Below, piece after piece: positions 36,412 through 46,725 of a stretch of 48,323 bases of DNA. The notes beneath the pieces were generated by a model, which worked only from the letters and a program-made list of their open reading frames with translations, made no database searches and was not told where the DNA came from. Each line of letters starts with the position of its first letter. Within the stretch, counting starts at the first letter, position 1. Made by a program: the position numbers and the translations under genes. The DNA lies in assembly GCA_028286805.1 (NCBI GenBank), contig JAQBQW010000019.1, positions 1 to 48,323 of the forward strand. The letters are read 5' to 3'. This stretch comes from Parcubacteria group bacterium. GTDB lineage: Bacteria; Patescibacteriota; Minisyncoccia; Phycocordibacterales; Zambryskibacteraceae.

Positions 36412-39087
36412 TTATATTGCAACAATTGTTTTAATTTGCGGTCGAGTAAGGCTTGTAACTGGAACAACCCAGTTTCCTGCTGATAGTCCTGTAAATGTTT
36501 GAGTGCTGTCGTCATCAAAGGTGACAATGACCGATGTAACTCCGGCCGGTAGTTTCATGGTAAAGATGTCAGCACCACGGGTCGCGGCGGCGGCAGTGGT
36601 AGGAATATAGCTTGAAGCATGAGAACTGTACCAGCCACTTGACGCGCCTTGTTCGTATTGGGCTCCATATATAATAGCTGTACTTGTGTTATCACCATTG
36701 TATGGCGTGACTCCGTTTGCTTGCGTAATAGATGCGAGCAATGAGAAGGCTGTATCTGAAGGACCATCGAACGCTACGCCAAATCGTCTGAAGGTATTTA
36801 TATTCTCATTTATGAATGTCGCGTTCGAAAATGTAGCACCAACGTATCCACCTGTACCACCACTGCTACCAAGATCTGCTGAAGCAGCGAGATTGGAAGA
36901 AAAATCGGAGTTAAATGCGAATAGACGGAAATCTCTCGTACCTACCCCACGTTTTGCAAATCCGGATAATATACGTTTTCCTGCAGTGAAAGGCGCGGTC
37001 ATGGAAAAACGAGTAGCCTGGTGATCAGAACTTGCAGTGGCATCTTCTTTGAGAGTGGCCGCATTGTTCGTGCCTATGGGGCCGTTGGCATTATTGGCGG
37101 TAAGAGTTGCCCCAGTTAATCCCCAACCGCTCGCAAAGTCGCTTTGAACCACATAATTTGTCGAGGTGGATTCAAGGAGCAATCCCGCGCTCGTGATACG
37201 GGCGGTATTGTTCGAGAAAAGCTGTGTCATTGCTATGTCGTATCCACCTGAACCAGAACGGGCAAATGTCGATGTGGCGCCAGTGAGATACGCAGCAAAG
37301 CTTCCATATACGTTTCCGGATGAAGTGTAGCTTCCGGTTATAAAGTTTAGGGTCACCTGAGGATTCGGAACAGTTACAATATTCGACCAAGCTCCATTAC
37401 CGGTTGCGTTCACTCCTCGCACTTCGATTGTATCGCCCGAGGCAGCCGTGACTATTTTGTTGGCCGGCACGGCTGTGGCAGTACCTCCGTTGACCCGATA
37501 TTGATGACTCGTGGCACCTGCGGCGACGAAGTATGCCAGATGAGCTTGGGTAGCATTTTCTTTTGTCACCGTAAGATTAGTGATCGTCCAAGGTACACGT
37601 GCCGCCCCCGCATAACTAACAGTAAAATCATTGATAGTTACAGAACCTGCACCGGTAAAAGGCTCTGGTCCGATTGCCATACCATTGAACCATTCGTTCC
37701 CGGTGATTTTTCCCTGACCGATAAGGTAAGCAATCATTTCGTCCCAGTACACAGTACCTGTAACATCAGCATGGTTCGTCGGCATAAACATATAATAAGG
37801 CTCTCCAGTACCACTCAAGTTTTGAGCTACTGTCCAAATTCTTCCTCCCGGATCAGTGAAAGATCCTACTTGGGTACTGCCCGTGACATACGATACCGTT
37901 GCGGGAGAAGTCCTCGCGAACATACCGACCTCATATACCTTATCACTGAGAGGGCCGTTTTGGTGAGCGGTGGTGGTGAGCCAAAACTCATGGAGAATTC
38001 CGGTGGTGGCATCGCCAGCGTAGGTATAATCAATAGTTGATGTTAAATCAGTGATGGTATACGCCTGCCGAGGGGTAATCGAAACAGTTGGATCACTGAA
38101 ATCATAATTGCCATAGCTCGCGGTAAGATACCCATAAATTCCTCCATACGCAGGGGTAGGAACTCTCCAAGTCATTTTAGTACCAACTGGGAAAATGTTT
38201 GGGTAGACTTTTACTTGAGATACGTAATCTACATTTTCAACTGCCGTATGACCCAATCCCAGCGTTGGATCTGTGAAGAGATACCAGAAGCTTGCATAGG
38301 CGCTGTATGGACTGTTGGCTTTATAGCCAGTAAAGTTTCCATACACTATTCCATTATCTACCGTAACACTCACTCCCGATGAGAAAGCCAGATTACTTGA
38401 CGTGTCGCGAGCAACCGCAGTTATCATGCGGGTACCCAATGAAATTGCGCTGGTGTTCCATGTGACAGAATATGGAGCAGTAGTATCTTCTGAACCGACG
38501 TTCACTCCATCAACTTTGAACTGGACTCCTGCAATTGCAACATTGTCCGAAGCGGCTGCAGCAAGTACAACTGCAGTTCCGGACGCCGTGGCATTATTTA
38601 AAGGGGATGTTATGGAAACGTATGGTGTAGATGTGTCAATTACCGGTCCAGACCACAGTGCTCCTATTCGATGAGTAGTCTGCCCGACCGGTTTTACTGT
38701 CGTTGCTGGGGCAACAACCGCAGGAATCGCCGATACAGGATTTGAAGGATTCGAGATTGAAACCTGTTTTATTTTAGCTCGGGTTTGTGGACCAACTATA
38801 CCCATCGGTTCAATACTATTTGCTAATTGAAAAGCAGCTACGGCTTTAGATGTAGCTGCACCATAATACCCAGTAATCGCAGGATATGTATAATAACCTT
38901 TATCTTTTAAGAATCGTTGAAGAGAGATCACATCAGCACCAGATATACCCACATAGAGCTGTCGAGTAATATTTGGCACCGTAGTTGCCGCTGAGGAAAC
39001 TTGGGCTTCAGCTTTATAAACAACGGAAGGTAAAATACAACTAGAGAAAAGGAAAGCTAAAAGCAAGAAAGTTGAACGTATGTTCAT
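36412..39087 (-). CDS. Secreted multidomain surface protein: PG-binding, Ig-like (Big), GH12-like, FN3-like and phage head-spike-like domains
   Basis: Signal peptide; TGYYGAATSKAVAAFQLAN..GIVGPQT; ASDNVAIAGVQFKVDG..DTTAPYSVTWNT; YEVGMF...GPEPFTG; EVRGVNATGNGAWS; YGAQYEQG..SSYIPTTAAAATRGAD. Confidence 0.75.
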   Translation of the reverse strand: MNIRSTFLLLAFLFSSCILPSVVYKAEAQVSSAATTVPNITRQLYVGISGADVISLQRFLKDKGYYTYPAITGYYGAATSKAVAAFQLANSIEPMGIVGPQTRAKIKQVSISNPSNPVSAIPAVVAPATTVKPVGQTTHRIGALWSGPVIDTSTPYVSITSPLNNATASGTAVVLAAAASDNVAIAGVQFKVDGVNVGSEDTTAPYSVTWNTSAISLGTRMITAVARDTSSNLAFSSGVSVTVDNGIVYGNFTGYKANSPYSAYASFWYLFTDPTLGLGHTAVENVDYVSQVKVYPNIFPVGTKMTWRVPTPAYGGIYGYLTASYGNYDFSDPTVSITPRQAYTITDLTSTIDYTYAGDATTGILHEFWLTTTAHQNGPLSDKVYEVGMFARTSPATVSYVTGSTQVGSFTDPGGRIWTVAQNLSGTGEPYYMFMPTNHADVTGTVYWDEMIAYLIGQGKITGNEWFNGMAIGPEPFTGAGSVTINDFTVSYAGAARVPWTITNLTVTKENATQAHLAYFVAAGATSHQYRVNGGTATAVPANKIVTAASGDTIEVRGVNATGNGAWSNIVTVPNPQVTLNFITGSYTSSGNVYGSFAAYLTGATSTFARSGSGGYDIAMTQLFSNNTARITSAGLLLESTSTNYVVQSDFASGWGLTGATLTANNANGPIGTNNAATLKEDATASSDHQATRFSMTAPFTAGKRILSGFAKRGVGTRDFRLFAFNSDFSSNLAASADLGSSGGTGGYVGATFSNATFINENINTFRRFGVAFDGPSDTAFSLLASITQANGVTPYNGDNTSTAIIYGAQYEQGASSGWYSSHASSYIPTTAAAATRGADIFTMKLPAGVTSVIVTFDDDSTQTFTGLSAGNWVVPVTSLTRPQIKTIVAI

Positions 39088-39188
39088 GATTGATTATATT
39101 CGCAAATATTACCACACTTAATGACAAAATGTATGTTTTTATCTTAATTCTCGAAAAAACCAAATTTAAAAGGTAAACTGCAGGTACA

Positions 39189-40226
39189 GTGAAAATACTC
39201 GCCATAGAAACATCGTGTGATGAAACAGCTATTGCCCTCTTGGAAGCCACCGGAGGATTAGAAGCACCCCGATTCAAGGTGCTTGGAAACACTCTCGTCT
39301 CCCAGATAGATCTCCATAAGGAATATGGCGGCGTATATCCAATGCTCGCTAAACGCGAACATGAAAAAAATCTCCCTATAGTATTAGAGAAAACATTAAA
39401 TGAAGCGGGTAATTCCAAAGACATTGATTATATTGCCGTCACCAACGGTCCGGGTCTCGCTCCCGCCCTTTGGACCGGAATCACTTTTGCAGAAGCGTTA
39501 GGTAAAGAATGGAACGTTCCGGTTCTTCCCATAAATCATATGGAAGGACATCTCTATTCCCCCCTTTTTCACGTTAACAAAACCCTCGAATTTCCTTCCA
39601 TTGCTCTCCTCGTTTCTGGAGGCCACACCGAACTTGTATTAATGAAAGACTTTGGAACCTATGAGATATTGGGCAAAACCCGAGACGATGCCGTTGGAGA
39701 AGCCTTTGATAAGGTGGCCCGTTTATTAGGCCTCGAATATCCCGGGGGTCCGAAGATTTCTGCTTTAGCCAATCGACACAGAGAGAAGGGCATTTCCTCT
39801 ACTCTCTCATTCCCAAGACCCATGATCAACTCTCACGATCTCGATTTTTCGTATTCAGGATTAAAAACCAGTGTTTTATACAAACTAAAAGAAATCGGAG
39901 ACATAGACGAATCCATTCGCGAAGAAGTGGCTCGCGCTTTTGAAGACGCGGCTATCGAAGTATTGATAGAAAAAACTAAACAAGCTTTGGAAATCCACAA
40001 TCCAAAAACTCTCATTGTTGCAGGAGGTGTTTCAATGAATTCCTATCTCAGACAAGAATTGCAGAAGCTTTCGAACTTATTCCCGGACACTTCCCTTCTT
40101 TTGCCCGAACCTTCGCTCACAACAGACAATGCAATCATGATTGGCATCGCTGCATATATCAATATATTGAAAGACAAGAAACTGGAATCAGGAGATATCG
40201 TAGCCCAAGGAAACCTTTCTCTCTAG
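39189..40226 (+). CDS. tsaD: tRNA N6-adenosine threonylcarbamoyltransferase TsaD
   Basis: LAIETSCDET, INHMEGH, LLVSGGHT, DDAVGEAFDK, TDNAIMI. Confidence 0.96.
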   Translation: MKILAIETSCDETAIALLEATGGLEAPRFKVLGNTLVSQIDLHKEYGGVYPMLAKREHEKNLPIVLEKTLNEAGNSKDIDYIAVTNGPGLAPALWTGITFAEALGKEWNVPVLPINHMEGHLYSPLFHVNKTLEFPSIALLVSGGHTELVLMKDFGTYEILGKTRDDAVGEAFDKVARLLGLEYPGGPKISALANRHREKGISSTLSFPRPMINSHDLDFSYSGLKTSVLYKLKEIGDIDESIREEVARAFEDAAIEVLIEKTKQALEIHNPKTLIVAGGVSMNSYLRQELQKLSNLFPDTSLLLPEPSLTTDNAIMIGIAAYINILKDKKLESGDIVAQGNLSL

Positions 40227-40230
40227 AGGA

Positions 40231-42747
40231 TTATTCGAGTTCTTCGGCAGTAACGCTATCTGCTTTCTTCCACATGGATTTTGAGCGGGCGGTCATAACG
40301 AGGTACCAGGCTTTGGTCGAGTTTTTGATTCCACTGTGTTTTGGGTAGAGCGCCATCCAGATGACAGAAAGGATGAGGATTATGAGAAGCGGCAAGAGGA
40401 GGCACCATTCACCGTAGAAGTAGGCCGCAATGATGGCGAGTGTAAGTCCGAGAGTAATGATGGTCCATTTGACCAAGAACTTCTTAAGGACATTTTCAGG
40501 GGTGTCCTTTATAAAGACATCTTCAAGGACGTTAGCGAGGATATAAAGGACAATCAGGATAAGAAGGAATTCGTAAATGCATTGGAGTGTATTGAGCAAT
40601 CCGGCTGGAGCTGTGAAGATCGCCGCAGCTAGGTTTCTAAGGTTTTGTCCCTGTACACTACCCACGATGGGGAGTTCCACTGGAGAACTTGTAGCTAGGG
40701 TGGTTGTAGAAATGTCCTTTATAATCGTAGTTGTTACCCCGGGGGTGAAGACTACCGGAAGACCCTGGTTATTTACTCCTTGGAGAAGGGCTTTAAATGC
40801 TGCAATTTCTTTAGCTTGAGCATCGTTTAGCGGGAATGAACCGAGACAGTAGATCTCGTTAATCTTCTTCAAGGTCAAAATGTATACATAGTGAGTAGGT
40901 GCAGTGTGTCCCCATGGGGTAAGAATGTCATCTCTATAGAGGTTCTGGAAGGCATCCACGCCGTTTACAGTTGCCTGATCGAAGACACCGTTTACGGTAA
41001 CGTAGTTATATCCCTGGATAACTCTGAGGAATGATTGAAGTTTCATCACTTCTTCAGGATTGTTATTGAAATCGCTGCGCATGTAATCTTTCAAGTAAAG
41101 GCAGCCTGCTGCGTTTGTAGTAGGAATAACCGGATGTCGGCTACCTCCTGGGACAAACGCAATACCGCCTCCACCACCTCCTGGAGGAATTGGACCCTGT
41201 GGAATAGGACCGCCGCCTCCAGGTGTGTTTACAGTGATAACAAGAGTCTTAGTATCGGTTCCACAATTATTGGTTGAAGTTATGGTGATATTCGAAACAC
41301 CCGGAGCTGTAGGCGTTCCTGAGATAGTTTGAGTCGAAGTCGAATATGAAAGGCCGGCTGGAAGAGTCGAAGTAGAAACGGTGATTACGGGGCTTGTGCT
41401 TGAATTTGCGGTAGTAACAAGATATGTAAATGCATCTCCGGTGTTCACAGTTACCGCAAGAGAGCTCGTAATATTGGCAACTGAACAGGTGGGAATAGTT
41501 CCCCCCGCAAGACCAACCACCACTGAATCTGTTGCAACTGCAACACCGTTCGTACAAGTAACGGTAATAATCGTTGGAGTAGTTGTTGTTGGATAGTAAG
41601 GATGGGTGGAATCAATGACAAGGCTTGTTCCATTTATAGCCAAACCGGTGGTGGAAGGAGAGGTAAGATCACAAGAAGTGGCATTAGTTGAAACCCAAGT
41701 GTATGTAAACGTTTGACCAGGATTCAAAGTAACAGGGCCGTCGGAACCGTTAGCTTTCACGTCTACGGTTGGAAGGGTTGGAGGTACTCCGTTTCCAGCC
41801 AAGCTGATCACCACACTGTCAGTCGCAACAGCTACTCCATTGGTACATGTAACAGTAACAGTGGTAGGAGTGGTGGTTCCAGGATAATAAGGGTGATTTG
41901 TATCAATAACCAGACTTGTTCCTGAAGTTGCCAATCCTGTGGTTGAAGGCGAAGCGAGGTCGCAGGAAGTGGCGTTGGTAGAAACCCAAGTGTATGTAAA
42001 TGTTTGGCCTAACGAAAGGACAACCGGGCCATCTGAGCCATTAGCCTTTACATCCACTGTTGGGATAGAAGGCCCCACAGGACCTCCCGAACCAAGACTT
42101 ACTACAACACTGTCGGTGGCAACAGCTACCCCGTTCGTACAAGTAACGGTAATCGTAGTTGGGGTGGTAGTTCCCGGATAGTAAGGATGAGTAGCATCAA
42201 TTACCAAACTTGTTCCTGAAGTGGCAAGACCGGTTGTAGAGGGAGAAGCAAGATCACATGAAGTGGCGTTTGATGAAGTCCATGTATACGTAAATGTTTG
42301 ACCAGGATTCAAAGTAACAGGGCCGTCGGAACCGTTAGCTTTCACGTCTACGGTTGGAATTGCAGGAGCTGTTGGCGCAAGATTAACAACAACTGAATCC
42401 GATCCGATAGCAACGCCATCTGTACATGTAACAGTGATGGTGGTTGGGTGACCGACAGTTGGATAGTATGGGTGCGTTGAATCAATTACTAAACTTGTTC
42501 CTGAAGTTGCCAATCCTGTGGTTGAAGGCGAAGCGAGGTCGCAAGAAGTGGCATCTGTTGAGGACCACGAATATGTAAATGTTTCTCCAGAATTAAGAGT
42601 GACTGGACCATGGGAACCATTCACAGATAGAGTTACTGCAGGGCCAGCGGCAAAAGCAGCAGCCGGAAAGCTAGAGAAAATAACCATCACAAGCATGTAT
42701 GCAGTGATGATCTTTCCTATGAATGTGTGTGCCTTTGCTTTTTGCAT
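40231..42747 (-). CDS. Large membrane-anchored surface protein with four tandem ~97-aa beta repeats, putative Ig domain, PG-binding-like segment and C-terminal TMs
   Basis: Signal peptide; 4 copies of ANGSDGPV.L..GQTFTY.W.S.NATSCDL.SPSTTGLA..GTSLVID..HPYYP...TVTCT.GVA...DSVV; LPAGLSYSTSTQTISGTPT. Confidence 0.8.
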   Translation of the reverse strand: MQKAKAHTFIGKIITAYMLVMVIFSSFPAAAFAAGPAVTLSVNGSHGPVTLNSGETFTYSWSSTDATSCDLASPSTTGLATSGTSLVIDSTHPYYPTVGHPTTITVTCTDGVAIGSDSVVVNLAPTAPAIPTVDVKANGSDGPVTLNPGQTFTYTWTSSNATSCDLASPSTTGLATSGTSLVIDATHPYYPGTTTPTTITVTCTNGVAVATDSVVVSLGSGGPVGPSIPTVDVKANGSDGPVVLSLGQTFTYTWVSTNATSCDLASPSTTGLATSGTSLVIDTNHPYYPGTTTPTTVTVTCTNGVAVATDSVVISLAGNGVPPTLPTVDVKANGSDGPVTLNPGQTFTYTWVSTNATSCDLTSPSTTGLAINGTSLVIDSTHPYYPTTTTPTIITVTCTNGVAVATDSVVVGLAGGTIPTCSVANITSSLAVTVNTGDAFTYLVTTANSSTSPVITVSTSTLPAGLSYSTSTQTISGTPTAPGVSNITITSTNNCGTDTKTLVITVNTPGGGGPIPQGPIPPGGGGGGIAFVPGGSRHPVIPTTNAAGCLYLKDYMRSDFNNNPEEVMKLQSFLRVIQGYNYVTVNGVFDQATVNGVDAFQNLYRDDILTPWGHTAPTHYVYILTLKKINEIYCLGSFPLNDAQAKEIAAFKALLQGVNNQGLPVVFTPGVTTTIIKDISTTTLATSSPVELPIVGSVQGQNLRNLAAAIFTAPAGLLNTLQCIYEFLLILIVLYILANVLEDVFIKDTPENVLKKFLVKWTIITLGLTLAIIAAYFYGEWCLLLPLLIILILSVIWMALYPKHSGIKNSTKAWYLVMTARSKSMWKKADSVTAEELE
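41507..42640 (-). repeat. Four intragenic tandem repeats of about 290 bp
   Basis: Protein repeats; DNA blocks 41711-41774 = 42296-42359 and 41914-41964 = 42493-42543 are identical. Confidence 0.9.
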
Positions 42748-42977
42748 GTCGGTTCCGAAACAGTACTCTCTTTTCTGATTATGTCAAGTGATTAATCAAA
42801 CGATGGATATGCGGGTTTAACCTTATTTCTAGCCTTATTATTAAAGTATGTCCTTTATTAATTATTTGTCCTTTAATGACACTGGAGTAACTAATGCAAT
42901 ATTTTTGAATCCTTGATTTTTTTGTCCTTTTAAACAAGTTATCAAGGATATAAAGAGCGTGTTACCATTATAGACGT

Positions 42978-45164
42978 ATGAATGAACGATTTCTTAAACC
43001 ATACGATCCTGTTGAGACAGAGACTCGTATTTACGAAGCTTGGGAACAAAGTCAGCTTTTTAACCCAGATGTAAACCTTGAGAAGGGCTATGCAAACGCA
43101 GATGCTCCCGTTTTCTCTATAGTACTCCCTCCTCCAAACGTCACTGGCATCCTTCACATGGGAAGTGCCTTGATGATAGTAATCGAAGATATTTTTGTAC
43201 GCTTTTCACGCATGAAGGGTATGCGCACTCTATGGATCCCTGGAACCGATTCGGCCGCTATTGCAACCCAAACAAGGGTTGAAAAGGACATTCAAAAAGC
43301 AGAGAACCTTTCCCGACACGATCTTGGACGAGAAGAACTATTAAAACGTATCGATAGTTTTGTTGAATCGAGCAAATCCACTATCATTTCTCAAATTAAG
43401 GGGATGGGTGCTTCTGTTGACTGGTCTCGATATGCGTACACCATGGATGAGGCACGGTACAAAGCCGTCATGGAAGCTTTCGTTCGTATGTATGAAGCAG
43501 GTCTCATCTATAGAGGAAACCGAATTGTTAACTGGGATCCAAAAGGGCAGACCACCATTTCAGATGACGAAATAGTATACGAAGAAAGAGAAGCGAAGCT
43601 TTATACATTTAAATATTCAAAAGACTTCCCTATTTCCATTTCAACCACTCGCCCAGAGACGAAGGTGGGAGATACTGCGGTTGCAGTCCATCCCGATGAT
43701 GCTCGATACCAACAGTTCATCGGCCAAGAATTTGATCTTACATTCTGTGATGTTCCTTTGCATATTAAAATCATTGCAGATAGAGAAGTCGATCCAGAAT
43801 TTGGTACAGGAGCTTTGGGAGTAACCCCAGCGCACAGCCACATAGATTGGATGATTGCAGACAGACATGGGTTATCACGTCCCCAAGTCATTAACGAATA
43901 CGCCAAGATGGAAGTTGGAGGCAGACTAAATGGCAAGAAAGTTAATGAAGCGAGAGAGATGGTGGTGGCTTGGCTTCAGGAAGAAGGTCTTCTTGAAAAA
44001 GAAGAGAAGATTTCCCAAAACATTTCAACCGCTGAACGCACGGGAGGTATTATTGAACCACTTCCAAAGCTTCAATGGTTCATTGATGTGAATAAAGACT
44101 TCACAATGGAACATTCTGAAATTCCAGGCATCAAATCCGGCAGTTCAGTTTCTCTTAAACATATGATGCGGCAGGCGGTTGAAAGTGAGGAAATCAATAT
44201 TTTAGGAGAAGGATTCAGAAAGACGTATCTTCATTGGGTAAACAACCTAAGAGACTGGTGTATTTCCAGACAAATTTGGTTTGGACATCGCATACCAGTA
44301 TGGTACCGAGGCGATGAAATCTATGTAGGAGTAAAAGCTCCTACAGATGAAGGTTGGCAACAGGACTCAGATGTGTTAGATACGTGGTTTTCGTCTGCTC
44401 TGTGGACTTTCACCACGTTAGGCTGGCCCGCGATCACTCCGGATCTAAAAACATACCATCCAACCACTCTTATCGAAACAGGCTATGACATTCTTCCCTT
44501 CTGGGTTTCTCGTATGATCATGATGAGCGGATTTTTCCTCGGACAGATTCCTTTTAAGACCGTGTACCTCCACGGATTGGTTCGGGATGCTCAAGGCCGC
44601 AAGATATCAAAATCGTTGGGAAACAATATAGATCCGGTAGACATGGCTAAAAAATACGGCACCGATGCAGTCCGTTTTTCCCTCATTGCCGGGACCGCCG
44701 TTGGAACAGATTCAAAGATATCCGAAGATAAGATTCGAGGCTATAAAAATTTTGCCAACAAGTTGTGGAACATTACCCGTTTCGTTCTTTCAAACACAGA
44801 AGGATTCGAATATGATCCTAATAGGAAATATACCGATTCGGATATCGAAGAAATGAACAGCGAATTTGCTGCAGCAACCGCAGAACTTGAGAATTGGAGA
44901 CTGCATAATGCCTCTGAACGCATTTATCATTATATCTGGCACAGTTTTGCAGACCGAGTGATCGAAGAAAGCAAGAATACCCTCTTTGACGAATCCGCTT
45001 CCGAAGAAAAGAAAGACGAAGTTCGGTGGAAGCTGTATCATCTTTTATCTACTTCTCTGAAAACTCTCCATCCATTCATGCCATTCGTAACCGAAGAAAT
45101 CTGGCAGAACATGCCGCATAAAAAGGAACGCCCATTCTTAATGGTTGAGACTTGGCCACGATGA
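42978..45164 (+). CDS. valS: Valine--tRNA ligase (lacking C-terminal coiled-coil arm)
   Basis: PPPNVTG.LHMG, TTRPET, DPEFGTGA, DWCISRQIWFGHRIP, DVLDTWFSS, KISKS, LHPFMPFVTEEIW. Confidence 0.96.
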   Translation: MNERFLKPYDPVETETRIYEAWEQSQLFNPDVNLEKGYANADAPVFSIVLPPPNVTGILHMGSALMIVIEDIFVRFSRMKGMRTLWIPGTDSAAIATQTRVEKDIQKAENLSRHDLGREELLKRIDSFVESSKSTIISQIKGMGASVDWSRYAYTMDEARYKAVMEAFVRMYEAGLIYRGNRIVNWDPKGQTTISDDEIVYEEREAKLYTFKYSKDFPISISTTRPETKVGDTAVAVHPDDARYQQFIGQEFDLTFCDVPLHIKIIADREVDPEFGTGALGVTPAHSHIDWMIADRHGLSRPQVINEYAKMEVGGRLNGKKVNEAREMVVAWLQEEGLLEKEEKISQNISTAERTGGIIEPLPKLQWFIDVNKDFTMEHSEIPGIKSGSSVSLKHMMRQAVESEEINILGEGFRKTYLHWVNNLRDWCISRQIWFGHRIPVWYRGDEIYVGVKAPTDEGWQQDSDVLDTWFSSALWTFTTLGWPAITPDLKTYHPTTLIETGYDILPFWVSRMIMMSGFFLGQIPFKTVYLHGLVRDAQGRKISKSLGNNIDPVDMAKKYGTDAVRFSLIAGTAVGTDSKISEDKIRGYKNFANKLWNITRFVLSNTEGFEYDPNRKYTDSDIEEMNSEFAAATAELENWRLHNASERIYHYIWHSFADRVIEESKNTLFDESASEEKKDEVRWKLYHLLSTSLKTLHPFMPFVTEEIWQNMPHKKERPFLMVETWPR

Positions 45165-45892
45165 GTACACTCGACTCCATTCTGTATGCACTTATTGGAG
45201 GTATTCTACCCGCTGTTATTTGGCTTGAATTTTGGCTGCAGGAAGACAAGAAAAATCCCGAACCCACAGGCCTCATCCTTAAAACTTTCTTTGGAGGAAT
45301 GTGCGCGGTAATTTTGGTTATTCCCCTTCAGCGATTAGTAGACAGTGTGTTCCCCGGGATGAACTTCATCGAATTTACGCTATGGGCGGTTATAGAGGAG
45401 GGATTCAAATTCGGCATGGCATATTGGATTGCCATCAGATGTCAGTATGACGACGAACCGATCGATCCAATGATCTACATGATCACCGCCGCACTGGGAT
45501 TCGTCGCTCTCGAAAATGCGCTCTTTATTATCAACCCCTTGCTACAGAGAGATATCCTCGGAGCCGTTACCACCGGATCACTGCGCTTCGTTGGGGCAAG
45601 TTTGCTCCATGTGGCAGCTTCATCCACTATCGGTATCGCTTTTGCCCTTTCATTCTATAAAACAAAAGCTCGCAGAATTTGGACTGTAGCAGTGGCATTT
45701 TTAATTGCTGTCGGTATTCATACCGCATTCAATCTTTTCATTGTTAACAAAGACCAGCTCGGAACGTTTCAAGTATTCGGTATGGTCTGGGCCGGTATTG
45801 CCATCGTTCTTCTGTTTTTTGAAAAGGTGAAAAAAATACGAGCAATACAAAAAATATCCCCCGTTGTATCTTCACGCAAGAATTCATTGTGA
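45161..45892 (+). CDS. prsW: PrsW-family glutamic-type intramembrane protease
   Basis: D...PEP, IEEGFK, GFVALEN, LLH, IHTAFN; multi-TM; ATGA overlap with valS. Confidence 0.85.
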   Translation: MSTLDSILYALIGGILPAVIWLEFWLQEDKKNPEPTGLILKTFFGGMCAVILVIPLQRLVDSVFPGMNFIEFTLWAVIEEGFKFGMAYWIAIRCQYDDEPIDPMIYMITAALGFVALENALFIINPLLQRDILGAVTTGSLRFVGASLLHVAASSTIGIAFALSFYKTKARRIWTVAVAFLIAVGIHTAFNLFIVNKDQLGTFQVFGMVWAGIAIVLLFFEKVKKIRAIQKISPVVSSRKNSL

Positions 45893-45914
45893 TATAATCA
45901 ATTCATAAAGCATT

Positions 45915-46373
45915 ATGCAAAACAAAAGATCTTTTTTTGAACGTTTAACCGGGGCGGTGAAATTAGAAGAGACCGACGGACTCGAAATGATCGAACCTTC
46001 GTCTGCAAAATCTGCTCGCCCTTCTATTTTCGATGAAGAGGAAGAAGGTCAGTTAACGGTAGACGTGTACCAGACTCCTTCTGAAATAGTGATTAAAACT
46101 ATGGTCGCAGGAGTAAAACCGGACGATCTCGATGTTTCCATCACCAGGGATTCTGTCACCATCCGCGGCAAACGGGAAGAGGACCGAACCGTTTCAGACG
46201 ATGAATACTTTCACAGAGAACTGTATTGGGGAACATTCTCCCGAACTATTGTTCTTCCGGAAGAAATTGACGTCGAAGATTCGGAAGCAATAGAGAAATA
46301 CGGACTCCTTATTTTAAAACTCCCCAAAGTAGACAAGAGTCGCCAGACAAGATTAAAGGTGAAGGGCCAATAA
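45915..46373 (+). CDS. Hsp20/alpha-crystallin small heat-shock protein
   Basis: VDVYQT, GV...DLDVSI....VTIRG.R, ELYWGTFSRTIVLP, GLLILKLPK. Confidence 0.92.
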   Translation: MQNKRSFFERLTGAVKLEETDGLEMIEPSSAKSARPSIFDEEEEGQLTVDVYQTPSEIVIKTMVAGVKPDDLDVSITRDSVTIRGKREEDRTVSDDEYFHRELYWGTFSRTIVLPEEIDVEDSEAIEKYGLLILKLPKVDKSRQTRLKVKGQ

Positions 46374-46406
46374 ATAAAAATACTCCCATCCGGGAGTATT
46401 TTTATT
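46373..46406. terminator. Bidirectional terminator between hsp20 and tRNA-Phe
   Basis: AATAAAAATACTCCC-atcc-GGGAGTATTTTTATT. Confidence 0.85.
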
Positions 46407-46407
46407 T

Positions 46408-46483
46408 TGGTGCCAAGACCCAGGCTCGAACTGGGGATCCTTCCCTCTTCAGGGGAATGCTCTACCAACTGAGCTATCTTGGC
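46408..46483 (-). tRNA. tRNA-Phe(GAA)
   Basis: GCCAAGA/TCTTGGC stem, TTCCC-CTGAAGA-GGGAA, encoded CCA. Confidence 0.95.
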
Positions 46484-46488
46484 AAGGG

Positions 46489-46725
46489 TTAAAACGAGGA
46501 ACCGTGAAGAAGATTGGTGATATCGCTGTAATTCTTCATTGCTGAATCGAGGTACGGCTGGAGGAACAAGTATCCGGCAATAAGAGGAATAACGAACAAT
46601 GCTATCTTTATGAATCCCCAGAAAATAGACCAGCGTGCCGTTCTTTGCAGACCTTTGAGGATTCTATTATTCTCTTCAGAAAGCTTGAATGTGTCGGCTA
46701 AAAGTTCTTTTTCCTCAGGGTTCAT
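46489..46725 (-). CDS. Small single-TM hypothetical protein
   Basis: EENNRILK..QR..RW motif plus a TM helix; TGCTATACT lies 6 nt before the ATG. Confidence 0.65.
   Translation of the reverse strand: MNPEEKELLADTFKLSEENNRILKGLQRTARWSIFWGFIKIALFVIPLIAGYLFLQPYLDSAMKNYSDITNLLHGSSF

Noticed and set aside
36412..37400. Prophage
   Set aside because: Only one phage-like domain inside a secreted protein; no terminase, capsid, portal or integrase.
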